Numbered from the stretch's first letter, positions 10,679-23,723 are shown. The stretch is DNA of 64,000 bases from Octopus sinensis (GCF_006345805.1 NW_021832123.1:62001-126000), one strand, 5' to 3'. Notes: a model not told the origin generated them from the sequence alone. A program made the numbers and translations.

Positions 10679-13600
10679 TATTATTATTATTAGCACTGTC
10701 ATAGGAACATAATGTAATTTAAACTAATTAAGTTCCCACATGTGCCACATATGAGACTATCTTTTCGGTCATAATTTTCCATGATGTGCGGTTGTATGCT
10801 ATACTCCTGAGAGTATCTAGGTCGTCTCCATTTTTCAGTTGTCTTTTAACGCGTTGTAGTTCTTTTGAGATTACAATAGGTAATGTATTTCGTGGGCGTC
10901 CTCGGGACGCAGATCTTTCGTCCTTTGCGTAATATGATTCCATTGCCCAGTTAGCATAAACATCCTGGTCGAGTCTTAGAATGTGGCCCAATAGGCGCCA
11001 ACGTGCTTCGGTAATGTCCACACTGACGGGTCTGCTGTTGCAGATATTGTATAGGTGGGAGTTCTTGATTTTCTTTGGCCAGTTGATGCCAATAAGAATT
11101 CTTAACTGTCTTCTATGGAATGCATCAAGAGATTTTGATTCAGACTCAGATATTCCCCATGTTCCTCCGTTGTACAAAAGTATGGGTTTAATAAAAGCAT
11201 TGTATAATTTGGCACGTAAGGCGTTCCAACCTCGCGGTTTCGTAGCCAAGTGGTCCGCAGTTTGTTAAGTGCAACAGTCGATAGCATCTTTCTCCTCATA
11301 ATGTCTTCACTATCTCCTAAAAGAGTTCCAACTTTTTTCGAGTTTCGCCATTTTTCGTCTGTTCTATTTGCCTCCCGGTTGATTGTTACATATTCGGTTT
11401 TTTCTATGTTCACTTTTAAGAACCATTTTTCCAGTGCCTGAGGAGCAATGTTCAGCAGTTCTTCGAGTGTCGACTTATCATGAGACAAAAAGTCTACATC
11501 GTCGGCATATATCACTTCAGTTATTGAAGTAGTCTTCACTAGTTTTCTCAGATCTCTTAGTGCCGCTTCAAGATAGACAATGAATAGTACAGGTGATATT
11601 GAATCACCTTGGGGCGTTCCAATGCTTGTTTTGAAAGATCTTGATTGTACGGGTCCGATCTTCACCGTTAACTCGGTGTCTATAAGTAGTGCTCGAACCA
11701 TTCTGATCGAGTCACTGTCAAGAATAGTTTTGAGGATCTCCATTAGCTTGTCTCTGCGGATTGTATCAAATGCCCTGCTCATATCAATGCCCAATATTGT
11801 GGTCGCCATTTTAAATTTCTGAGATATGGCACAGATCCATCTATGTCCCCACTACATCTGCAGTTGATCGCCCAGGCCTGAATCCACTTTGGCTAGCCGA
11901 CAGATATTCATTAACAGGGTCCTTAATACGTTCCAGTGTTACGAGCGAGAAGATTTTCCTTATTGTGTTCAAGAGTATGATTGGGCGAATGTTGTTAAGA
12001 GGACCTTGCGGCTTGTTGGGTTTTTGGAGAGGAATTAGCGTTCCTTTCCCAATAGGCGGTATGGTATTTCCATGGAACATCTCGTTCAGGAGATTTGTGA
12101 TTATAGTTGAGATCTCCATTGGGGAGTACTTTATCAATTCACCGTTGATGTTGTCTGGACCGCCGCACACGGTTGTTTTTTAATTTTTTTATAGCCTTCA
12201 AAACTTCAAGGTGTTATTTTGTTGTTTAGATAACGTTCTTCACCCTCATCGAGAGCATCGGCCCTGCCATTGAATAGTATTTCGAAGTGGTCGGCGATTG
12301 TATTTACCATTTCGATTGGGTTTCCAATTGTTTTCCCATGTTCATCGTGCACAACCAGTTTTGTTTTCTGTGTCGTCGGCGTAGTAGTCTGATGGCTGCG
12401 TACATTTGCGCACCATCCTTTAAGTCTTCAACTTCTGATATTCGAGAGTTTAATAAAGCTTTCACGTATTTAAGATTTTCCTTCTTGATTGTTCTCGATA
12501 TTTTCCTACGTTCTCTTTTGAGTTTTTCCTTTGCCTCCTTGTCGTTGGTGTTTTCAATTTTCAGTTGGATGGCTTTTTGTTTGTTGCCATTTCGGCAACA
12601 TTTGGATTCAATGGGTTTGAGTGGTTTCTGAGTGCAGTCGTTCCAATGGTTTCCGTTGCAGCTTTGTGAATAAGTTTTTCTAATATATCCCAGCTTTTGT
12701 TTGGGTCTTTTACCGTTTCTGTTACTTTTAGGTTTTCGATGATTGCCTGGGAGTATTTTTCCTTGGTAACATCTGATGTAATCAGTTTTTCCACTGAGTA
12801 TCTAATTCGGTTTGATTCATTTTCTTTTGAAAGAGGCGATCCAAAAATTCTTTTCAGTCTCAATCGTGCCACAATGACTTTGTGATCGCTCAGTGTAAGT
12901 GCCCCGCCATATGACCTGGCATCCAGCAATCGATGTTTTTCTTCTTGTCTACAGATGATATAATCGATTTGATTATAGATGTTGACGTACTCCCCATTTT
13001 TGTTTCTTCTAGTCCCGGTCCACGTGGTTTTATGACGTGCCGCATGAGGAAAGACCGTATTGCATAGCAGTAGCTTGAATATGCTGCAGAAGTTCACAAG
13101 CATTTCGCCTGGTGCATTTCTTATCCCCCGTCCATGTCTGCCCATGAACACTTCTTCACCACGGCCTTTGCCTGCCTTAGCATTCCAATCACCGGCAATT
13201 AGTATAAGGAAGGATGTTTTTACTCGTGTAGGTCTTTGATAGCATGTGATAGAAAGAGTCTAGTTCATCCGCGTTCTTCTTCAGTCTTCCACTTTGTGGG
13301 GCGTAGACATTTATAATGCTGATTATTCGATCCGTGTTGGTCAAAGTTTTTTGTCTCAGTTGTAGTACACATATGCGGTCGTTCACACGGTAGTATTTGT
13401 GAATTGAATTCCAAAAGGTCTTATGAATGCCAAACCCCTGCCCATAATGACGTGATTCTGATGGAAGGAGAATGATTCGATACTCGTTGTGTATCTCATC
13501 TAGCCCGCCTTTGACCTTCGTTTCTTGAAAGCATCCGATAGTTGCACCATATGCATTCAGATCCCGGCATAGGATTTTTCGCTTGGATAGGTCAGATAGT

Positions 13601-13695
13601 CCTCTGACATTGAATGATAGCAAAGTAAAATCTCTTTGTAGCCTCATATGTGATTAAGACTTTGTGCAATAGAGTTGCGTCACTAACTCAACCAA
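10679..13695 (-). mobile_element. Near full-length RTE-group non-LTR retrotransposon (single APE+RT ORF, frameshifted)
   Basis: APE motifs SFNVRGL, GCFQETK, NVYAP, NQIDYI; RT motifs QSGFRPGRST, DMSRAFDT, GTPQGDSISP, YADD; (TAA)n 3' tail; 11-bp TSD TATTGTTTTAT at 10668-10678 and 13696-13706. Confidence 0.93.
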
Positions 13696-13770
13696 TATTG
13701 TTTTATAATTAATCTATTCAAGCACACGTTTCACCACTGAAAAAAACAAAATTAAATAAATTAATTTAAT

Positions 13771-14075
13771 ATGGGAAAAAACGGAAGACAGTTCCTCTAT
13801 TCGGTGGGTGATATTTTGGGGGATTGCCCCGACGTTCCTAAACGTGACGATGGGCCAGAAAACCACATTCAGGACTATAAATCAGTCGATCATCAAAAGC
13901 GGTAGATATTATTAGGTCAGTCTGTTCTAGTAATAGCCTCCCAGAAATTGTAGAGAAGATAATGTCTGGGTAAGGCGGCAAGTCTTATCCTGTGGCTGAG
14001 AGGCGAGCGTGTGTGCCCAACTGAAAAGGCAGAAATGCCGAAGGTGTTTTCTCTACTAACAGCCTCTTTTTACAT
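13771..14075 (+). CDS. Small hypothetical protein, probably spliced
   Basis: ATG after an AT-rich promoter-like tract; open frame MGKNGRQFLYSVGDILGDC..; GT-AG micro-intron-like segments. No family recognised and the end is uncertain. Confidence 0.25.
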
Positions 14076-14165
14076 AAATATTTCCCTTCCAAAAAGCGCT
14101 AAATATTATTAGCTCAGTCTGTAATTATTTTTTAATTAACATTGTGTGTTTAGGTGGTGGTCATT

Positions 14166-14884
14166 ATGAGGAAATTACTCAATGCACTGAAAAGGCCACT
14201 TTGCTCACTTAACGAGGCTTTTGTGGAGGGGACTGATCCTCGAACTGTAAATGAAATATGTTCCTCCGTGTTGCTCAGACAGGACTTTATCACCACTGAG
14301 GAAGAAGACCTACTGACCAAAGAGGTGCACTATCATCTAAAAAGAGCCAAATATCAAAACAACCATTGGGATGATGTAAAATCAAGATACACCACATGTA
14401 GGCCATTGTGGGCTTCAGAGAACTGGAGAGACGGGACTGGTCTCCCCCATTCCTCCGGATTATTACTCGCGCGAGGGAGACTGTCTTCAAACACGGCGAA
14501 ATAATGCCCTCCCTCCACGTACTGGACTTGAGCGAGGATGGGTACATCAAGCCGCATGTGGACAGTCCGAGGGTTCACTCCACTCCTCACTCGGCAGTTT
14601 GTGGGGGAGATTATATCAGGCATATCTTTGCTGTCGGCGAGTGTCATGCGCTTTGTGAGCACTGGGGACACCCACAGGCACGCAGACGTGTTGCTGGCTC
14701 GTCGGTCTTTGTACGCCATCAGGTTGGGGTTGTCATTATCTGCTTCAGTGGGGTTTCCCGATATGAATATACGCATGAGATTCTCTCCAATGACGCATCT
14801 GTTTTTAGGGGAGTCACTGTCCTTAAAAGCAGACGAATTTCCCTTATTTCCCGGAGTGCAGTCACCACCCACCATAATAAATAA
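14166..14884 (+). CDS. ALKBH7: Alpha-ketoglutarate-dependent dioxygenase AlkB homolog 7
   Basis: HWDDAIVGFRELE, LHVLDLSEDGYIKPHVDS, GISLLSASVMRF, RYEYTHEIL, RRISLISR; three introns of 25-26 nt. Confidence 0.9.
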
Positions 14885-15599
14885 AGACATTTATTACTGC
14901 ATGATTATTTCCTTCTTAGAGGAGAAACACGTGCGAGAGGACAGACAGCTCTTCATTCCCTCATGATGAGGATGAAGCAGGTGGTTACATCACTGCTATT
15001 CCAGCAATTTGTTCCTTGTAGAACAGAACATGTTCTGTACAAGTCATTAAGCAATATGGATAAGTGCTTGCAGGAAATAAGCATGTTTTATTAATCTGCT
15101 TAAGCTAAAATTTAAGCTTATGAAAGATTGTTTGTCATGGAGATTTTAAAGAATTTGTGGTGTTTTGACATTTCTTTATTATCACTTTGTCATTTTACCT
15201 CAATGCCGTCACTCTGCTATGTTGTTGATTTCAAAATGTCACGCAAATAGTCAACACTATTGAACAAACAACCATTTAGTTTTATTGGTGAACTTTATGA
15301 CAAAGTGGTGTACTTTATACCTCATTTCTTCTAAATCGCCTCGAAACCATAGAAAAAATCACTGTCCTGACTATACGGAAGCCAAAAGTGTAGCAAACAT
15401 GTAAGATAAAAGACGAACATTTAAGATCAATAATTAAGATACAAAGGTTATTTTGTAGAGAATAGTTGAGCGTTTTAATCACAGAATTACAAAATCACTG
15501 TCGAAGTTGAAGTATCCTAATAAAAATAAATGTGCCTCAATTCTTGAATATTCAGTTTATTGCTACAACGATGCACTCAATTTCAAATAAGACCCCATT

Positions 15600-16330
15600 C
15601 AAGCGTTATCGAAGAATTTTAGTCTTCACCACCCAATTCAAACAAATGTCGATTGAGCATGATGGAGGGTGTTTTAGCATTAACCATCTCATGTTCATAG
15701 ACGACATTAAACTGTTCGCTCCACTAACACCGAATTCTTACTAAAATGCACGAAACCTTGTGGAGTGGGTTAAGTGTATCCCAAAGGAAGTATGCCATCT
15801 TTGCTGTGAAAAAGAACGTGGTACATGGGAGAATAAAAAGCTACGTGTCGGCTAAGTATGGTGTGGGTGTTATCCAAGTTAATGTGAAAGAGCTGATCAA
15901 CGGAAACAGTGTAAAAAACTGTAAAGTAAGGCAATGACCGTTGACCATATAGCCACGAAGTGCGGGAGTATGATGTACTGTTATTACACATGGAGGCATA
16001 ACGAGGTGGTGAGATCCCTCCATGCAATTAGTATAGATTGAGGCGGTCCAGAATGGTGCGAACCCATATGGAATGGACACTAAATACCACAAAAAGTTCA
16101 GTTGGGCGTAGATAAATGTCTACAGGCTTATATGCAGTCAACTGTTCTTAAGAGGACACATGAGAGTATCTCGTTTGATGTTCGCAGATCCAGTTTTCTC
16201 CAGACATTTAATCAGCAAGAGCGCTGGGCTGCACCTTCTCTGAGGTCTACAGAGCCAGAGAAGAGGAGGAAGAAAGGAAAAGGTTTATGGAATGTCACCC
16301 TCTGTTCACTTCGAAGGCTAAGTACTTAGG
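15600..16330 (+). mobile_element. Degenerate non-LTR retrotransposon RT fragment (R4/Dong-like)
   Basis: SINHLMFIDDIKLFA resembles the RT core HL(L/M)(Y/F)xDDIKL; the surrounding frames are broken. Confidence 0.42.
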
Positions 16331-17188
16331 TAATTAATTATTTTCTTTAAAAAGTGTTTTATCACAAGTCAGCCACATTTCCTAATAACAAGATACTAAA
16401 AAATGTCACTAATTTTTAACAAAATCCAAAAAATAGGGCGTCCCGAACAAAAAAACGTGGAGTGAAATTTCAAGGGCGTCACCGAGGGGTCTCTGCCTGT
16501 GCCTAAGTATAACTATCGGCACATTACAGAGACATGGACAGAGTAAGTAAAGCGATTCCAATGTGCCAAGCAAAGGCGGAGTAATATCTACAGATTATAC
16601 CAAATCATACATCATAGAAGTCAGATTGTTCCTCCTGTAGAATATCTCGTGATTGTGTTGGAACTGAAATGGTGAATTAAAATGAACCCACAAAGTCGTC
16701 ATTCCCACGACTGCGAATATATTCCAACATAACCTCCCCACACCAGCCATGATTATATTTTAATTGCTAATTGGGAATAAGAACACAATGTTTTTATCCT
16801 ACAGCTAATATATGAATTAATAAACGAAACCTATTCGCGGTATTCGGGTCCGATTCTTTCAACAAGAAACAGTTACTAAACATATTTCAATCTCAATGGA
16901 CATGTCGGTGTAGCCTCAACTGATTCATAAAACTAGCCTTAGGCTCCCACCCGTGTCCTACGAGCTGGAAACATCTGCGAAGAAAGAAAAGCCATACTAC
17001 AACAGCTGCAAAAAAATGGAGACGTCATTTCCCACAAGGTTTGGAAAAGTTGCAAGACCACTAAAGTAGTTCCACGATATATAGACAGTGGGCTAATAAA
17101 CGTGTCCATGTCTAGACAAACCTGACTAATATTAGGGACAACTCGTGGAAATTTAGTTAAAACAAATCAAAAAGAAACGAAATGCCAC

Positions 17189-17714
17189 CTAACAAGCTGC
17201 TTTCCCTCTGTAAGAAGGCACTTTCTTCCCGGTCTTGAGAGACTTGAGGTAGTTCACCTTCCTTCGAATGAGTTTATTCATCTGAAGAATGACAAAACCA
17301 GCCCAACCTTCTGCTTGGCCCTCATTAGCCTATATCTGTCATAATCGTTCATGTTGGCTTTCTATAGACTAATATATGAGGCACACACCTTCTCTCGGGA
17401 CTTCATTTTGCGGTAGAAAGGAGAGTTCTCCCACTGATTGTCAATGTCCGCCAGTTCCCAGGCCTTGGTCAAAGTCTTCTTCTTTGCACCGAAAGTAATG
17501 TCGATTTTGAACTTGGTTGGGTACACCCATTTGGATTGGATGGTTTGTCTGCGAATATTGTTTCCGGGGGCGTCGATGATGTACTAATAATGGGTAGAAG
17601 TAGTATTACTGAGTTGTGATCGATTATATTTATTATGGCATACAACTTCCCTTTAGTTGCCTCTGATAGGCCATAGACAATTCTCCCAACTTGAATTAAT
17701 CTATCCTCAGACAT
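17189..17714 (-). CDS. RPL14: 60S ribosomal protein L14 (eL14)
   Basis: IQVGRIVY..GKLYAIINIIDHN; KANMNDYDRYRLMRAKQK; three introns of 26-27 nt. Confidence 0.92.
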
Positions 17715-17947
17715 TCCGCCACAACAAGAATAGGGTAAGAGCACGTTTAATTAATATTTAATTAATTAAAATAAAATACAATTATTAAATAACAAAATGT
17801 TATAATCCATAATTTATATGAGGAGTCTAAACGGATTGCATATAACTAGAACCCTTGCTTTTCCTCAACAATGGAGTGCATCAACTAGTCATTTTGTTTC
17901 CACATTGTGTAGTGAGTTACGCCAAGGACATCAGCCATGATAAACAT

Positions 17948-18720
17948 AACCTCTATTTGGGGCAGCCCTCTGGCTTGGGGAACCTCTATTTTGGGGGTAG
18001 TTTGAAAAAAATATAATTTTTATGCGGTAATTTCCAAATTTATAACCGGAACCTCTAAGTGGGGCACATGATTTTTAATTTATATACATGCTATTAAAAT
18101 TAATTATATAAAATTTTATTTGGAGGCCTCGTGTAATTTTTATATTTTTGTTGTTATGGCTCGTAAGCCTCCTTACGAGTTGAAGATCAAATTTTTTAGT
18201 TGACAATGAGAAAGAAAATCTGGACACGATAATCGCAGAAGTAATTGCTGAAATTGAAGAAGAAAATGATGAGTCAATATATGACTAATGATGATGCAAC
18301 TGTTTACACTTTTTTCAGCAAATTAAAATTATTGATAATTGTCGAAATTAATGTTGATTGTTTACACTTGGACACGATAACAGCAATGAATAACTTTGAA
18401 GAGAATATTCACGTTTGTTTCCCAATGCGTTTCAAGACTATTAAAATTTCAGAAAAATATGGGAAATAAATATGGTAATACATATCAAGAAATCTGCAAC
18501 AGGAAACAAAATAACAGATTATTTTCGTGTAATTTCTACTTGAAAATAATCTAATTATCAATAAAATTAGTGGAAAACATGTTTAAATGCTACTAAAAAT
18601 ACTTTACTTATTTATAAATTAATTAAAAATATGTTAAAACTATTAAAATGTTTATAAAAATGAAGAAAATTTCAGGATTCTATTTTTGGGGCAATTTTTC
18701 AAAATTGATGCCCCTGTATC
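17948..18720. repeat. AT-rich region with dispersed AACCTCTAwwTGGGG repeats, possibly a DNA-transposon remnant
   Basis: Copies at 17948, 17981 and 18050 plus a degenerate copy near 18678; no clear TIR pair or TSD found. Confidence 0.25.
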
Positions 18721-19558
18721 ACTTTACTTTATAAAACAAATCATCGGTGAATCATTCTCGGCATACTTTTTTCATAGATTACTGTGAAGTAGTGTGAATT
18801 TATTTAAAACAAATTTGTATGGTGCATTCCAGTTTGCACGTCCAGTCACTCAATTTAGAGACATTCTTCAGTTATAATCTTGATTGATTGCCCCAGTGAT
18901 GTATAAATTGTTTCTATTCCTAGAAAGGCAGTTTCGTACGCAAAGTTGGAACGGAAGATTCATGTATGTTTAATCATAAAAATAATCATGAAAATTCCAA
19001 AGACATCCTTGATTTAATTACTTTGTTTGACTAGGATAAAAATCCTTGCAAACATTATTTTAGGTCACTGTCTTAATTGTATTTCTGTCTTTGTTTGACC
19101 TTGCATTTTTTTAATCCTCTTAGCAATAAATTAAGCAATTCTCCATAAAATGACAATCCCTGTATTCCTTCAATAATACCCACTAAATCGACAAGTCAAA
19201 TGAAAGACTGGTGTCTATCGATTGCCTTGAAATGTTGTTGTAAGACATGTTCGTTAATTAATGACAAAAACATTGAGAGGAAGTTTTAATTAAAATAGCC
19301 AGTCTAGTTTACCAAAGAATGAGTTAATTTTCAGGGATTTGATTTCGGATTAACCTCGTTTACCATAATTTCTATCGATCAAATTTACGGCAATGTTAAC
19401 GTTCCACAGTTGACTTATTAACATATACCACGCCGAAAAATTACAAATTCTCAGGTTCGCTGCGCTTATTATTTTTCCTACACTGCTTTTGCTGTTTTTT
19501 GCGTGTAATGTGATTTTTTGCAAACAAATATTGGCTGTCCTTTGAGTATTGCAATGGA

Positions 19559-21614
19559 ATGCGAGATCGATTCCACCAATTCCTTTTTATTGATAGGATG
19601 ATTCTATTTCTCATTTTGTCGTCTTTTCGGTCAAGCCAACATGACTCCAGTCACTCAGACTGTAGTTCTTACTTTTCACACTCCTTAGATTGCATTCCGC
19701 CCACAGTAAAAAAAGATTTTCAAAACGAGATTTATCACTCAGACAAGCACGTTGAACTTGCCTGCCCACTTTCAATATTTCCTCTAGAACAGTATTTCAT
19801 TCTTGAACAAATTTAGGGATCTTTGGACCTGCGATGGCGAGCCAATCGAATTCGACAATTTTTTGTTTCAAAGACATCTGCATCGCATACAGTCAATAAT
19901 AATCTCCCCACTTTTATACAAGAATGTAGTCCTCAGATGCAGAGCAGTGACTCCCTGTGGAAATGTGACCTCCCCCAATATCACAGTGTATCATATGCCA
20001 ACTGGAGTTACAAGTATTCCTCATTCTTCACTCTAAGCCATATCCATCGACCAGTCTGAACAGGATGCTGTGATTTTGCGGCCTATCATTCCTTTCCATT
20101 TAATTCCTGATCTCCATTGGCGTCATAGGTTCATCAATTCCTACAGAGGTCCATATTTACCCGTTTGGGAAAAACTTGAAACTATCGACGGAAATCTTTA
20201 TGTGATTATGCTTGACGATGTCACTCACTGTTTCTTCTATTTATTCCCCGAGGGCCGAGTGGACTATATTATGTCTCGTAAAGGTGAGTTCTCGACTTTC
20301 ATTTCCCAGTCTTCACAGCCATGAAGACGAGAGTTCCGTGGCCAGTGTTTCCTCAAGGCAAGACTCTTTGGGTCGAGCTTGGTTCAAGTCCCGTTCTGTC
20401 TCCATGTTTCTTCTTTGGCAGGCATGGAATTTCTTTCATTCCCAGATACACGTTCAATGTTTTTGGGAGAGGAAATGAGTTGGGAGAACACGAATTTCTC
20501 AAATTGGAAAACGTGACCTATTCCGATGCGGGGGACGATTACTGGTGTTATCCACGAGACATGGAGGCGAATAGATTGTTTCACCTCAGAGCTAACTACT
20601 CCCTTCGTGTTTATGGTGTCTTTTTAGTTATACTTGACTGCAGAATCCATTTCGATCTCCCACAAACTCAGCTACAACATATCCGAAGGGGAGTCAGTCC
20701 GCGTGTCGTGTGACCCCACAACTGGTTTCCCAAAACCGAACATTTCGTGGATCATAAATGACGTCGAATATGGTACATGATCACGTTTATGTTTTAGATT
20801 CGGAAATATTCGTGCATGTCCAGCCGAGTGGAGAGTACGGTCTTCATGTGGACTGGAGAGCGGGATCTATGTCTTTGAAATGTAGGTTATGGAATGGAGT
20901 GCAAGACGTGACTTTCTCCATGTACGTCAAAGTCTACGGTAGCAATGAATATTTACAAGTCCAGGACGATTCCGAGTGTCAATGTCCCTGCCGAGTTCAG
21001 TGACAGTGTGGAATTTGTCCTACGTTTCCATCAACTGTTCGGTTGTCGGTTCTTCTCTCCGCTTCAACTATATGTACTGGTTAATCAACGGAGAGCGTCT
21101 GTCGTCTAAACACCGTGACATTGTGGTGGGAGACACCATCGACTACACGTCGCTCACTTCCACGAGTGTCTCCATTCTACTTTTCATTGATTCGAAAGTG
21201 TCAGCCACGAGAAAAAATGATTCTGTCACGTGTGTTGCAGACGATGGATTTCGAAGGAATTGGACCAGCACTCAACTTCAATACAAAATTCCTCAGAAAC
21301 CGAAAATGAAATTGTGGAGGAAACTTAAGATTACTTCGATCATGTTCGCTCCTCTGATCGCCACTGTCCTGTTTTTTATTGTCCTGGGTGGAGCCTTATG
21401 GTACCGTAAAGTGACCTTCCACGAGTTTGACACGTCGACGACCACTCCTATCTCTTATTATATTGCCCGTCGCAAGGAATTCGCCAGCTCCGAATCGCCC
21501 CACTACTACCTCGAGTCCTCGAATGCACAATCAGCCGTGTCCCGCGTGGATTCGAAGGAGCATCTCATCGACAAAATGTCCGAAGCGGCCTCTTCCTTGT
21601 GTAATAATTATTAA
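19559..21614 (+). CDS. Multi-Ig-domain type I membrane protein
   Basis: Repeated Ig Cys/Trp patterns (LACP..WTCDG..LRCRA; LENVTYSDAGDDYWC; INCSV..YWLING..VTCVA), TM IMFAPLIATVLFFIVLGGALW, Tyr-containing cytoplasmic tail; micro-introns. Confidence 0.75.
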
Positions 21615-21670
21615 ATTGTGTTAAATAAATGGTAAACAATTTAATTGAAATAACAACCAAATCCAATAAG

Positions 21671-23723
21671 CTAACAGAGAACAGACTGAGCAGCCTCGTA
21701 TATGCACTCTGCAGAGATTCCATACTTGTCAAGCAAATCGAGGGAAGGGCCACTGTGGGGAATCTCCCGCACGCACAAATGCCTCATCTGAATTCCTGCC
21801 ACTCCGACAAGGGCAGAGGCCACCGCCTCCCCGAGTCCCCCTGCGAATTAACAGGCTGGCCTACCCTCAGGATAATGATCCTCGGCAACCACCAGACGTC
21901 CGTTGGTGGCAGAAACAGCCGACTTGATGGCAGCGACGTCGAGTGGTTTGACAGTAAACACGTCAATCACTCGAAGGGGCAATTCCGGGTGAGTTTGCCC
22001 GAGTTTCATTGCCTCCACGAGCGTGACCCCTGCCGCAACCACCGTGCACACGTCGTCACCACTGCTTCTCACCACCCGAGCCTGCCCCACACTGAAGGAG
22101 GCCGCGTTGTCGTAGATGACGGGGAAATTAGGACGGGATGTGCGAATAAAGCAAATGCCCGGAGTGTTGGCAGCCAATTCGACAGCCCTTTCGGTGGACA
22201 CGGCATCTCTTGGATAAAAGACGGTGGAATTGGGAATGCTTCTGAACATGGCGATATCCTCGAGGGCCATTTGGGACGCCCCATCCTCCCCTATCGACAC
22301 CCCCGCGTGGGATCCCACAAAATTAGCATTGGACATGGATATTGCCCCCATCCGTATCTGATCAAAAGCACGAGTCCAGAATGCAGCGAATGTGCTGGCA
22401 TACACCACAGTCCGTGCTCTCGTGGCCGCCCCAATGGCCACCCCCGCCATGTTTTGCTCGGCGATGAAGCACTCCACAAATCGGCCATCTCCCCCAAACG
22501 AGTCCTACAAATTGAATATTTCAGAACACGTTGAATTTGGAGGCAAAGGTGGAATTCTTGGTGTCCCCGTCCAACCCCAGCACTGACGGGTTCCCCTTCC
22601 CCATCTTCAGTAGTCCTTCCCCGTAGGCACTCCGAGTGGCCACCTATCCGTCGAGGACTGTCTCTACCATTTGCCCTGTCGAATAATCCGGCGGGGAGGA
22701 CAGTCGGTACTCTCCTGATGGCACTTCCTCCACCAACACGGAAGGTTTGGGGACCAACTCGGACACGGGAAATGTTTGGTGGGACAAATTAGACTTCAAA
22801 TATTGGAGGACACCCTCCGCCTTATCCCCAAGCACTTTTCCATGCCATCCCCCACTGTCCTCAATCCCCGGAAAATCCTTTCCTTTCTTAGTCATGGCAA
22901 TGATGGCTGTGGGCTGGTCGAGGCAACTCCTGGCTGTCTCGAATGCAGAAATGAGTGCAGGAATGTCATGTCCGTCCACCACAAGTGAATTAAATCTACC
23001 AATTAAGGCCAAACACACCCAAAGGCGGCACAGCGGAGTCGATATGTGTCGAACTGGTGGCCAAGCATGGTCTCCTGGGACTGTCCGTAGACATTGCAGT
23101 CGATGACCACGACGAGGTTGGCCAGTCGGTAGTGGGCAGCCAAGGCCATGGCCTCCCAGACGGACCCCTCGGCGGACTCCCCATCACCCATCACACAGTA
23201 AACGCGATATCTGAGTGTGAGGGAGTGGAATACGGAGCTTTGTCGATGTATTTGGCCACATAAGCCATTCCTACGGCACTGCTGAGTCCCTGCCCCAACG
23301 ACCCGGTGGCCACGTCGACGAAGGGAATCCTCTGCTGGTTAGACAGGCCTGACATGCCGGAGTTGGGTGCCCTTCCAGACGACAGTCCAATTTACGCAGT
23401 TGGAGGAGTTCAGATTGCTCCACTTGGCCGAGTTCTGCCCAGACAGCGTAGAGGATTGGGGCAGCGTGTCCCTGGAGGTTAGGGAAGAGTGCACTTTGGA
23501 GAGAATGAATCGGTCGTTTGAAGGATTGAGCCAGTTGTGGGGAAATAACGCATTTCTTTGAAGAAGAGGACACTCATTATTTCAGCAATCGAACTGCAAG
23601 ATGTTGGGTGTCTATAGGGTGAGTTATCTCCTGTCATCACCCAGAATTAGCCGCATTTGTTGACAGAATTGAGCTAATACGAAGTCTTGTGGCGAGTGCA
23701 CGTAATTGTTCAATTGTGGTCAT
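21671..23723 (-). CDS. TKT: Transketolase
   Basis: [88 protein letters not shown]; eight introns of 23-29 nt; one apparent 1-nt frameshift near 23540. Confidence 0.97.

Noticed and set aside
13940-14075. Hairpins including a GAAA tetraloop followed by a T-run, suggestive of a structured RNA
   Set aside because: No SRP, RNase P/MRP or H/ACA consensus; it can equally be read as coding sequence with a micro-intron.
15020-15050. 16-bp palindrome ACAGAACATGTTCTGT
   Set aside because: Isolated, with no associated element boundaries; compatible with chance.
21629-22534. 301-aa plus-strand ORF, and similar long antisense ORFs (6362-6790, 36763-37389, 10301-10660)
   Set aside because: Shadow frames opposite TKT, the phosphatase, CWC22 and GALC; no motifs, and expected in GC-rich coding DNA.
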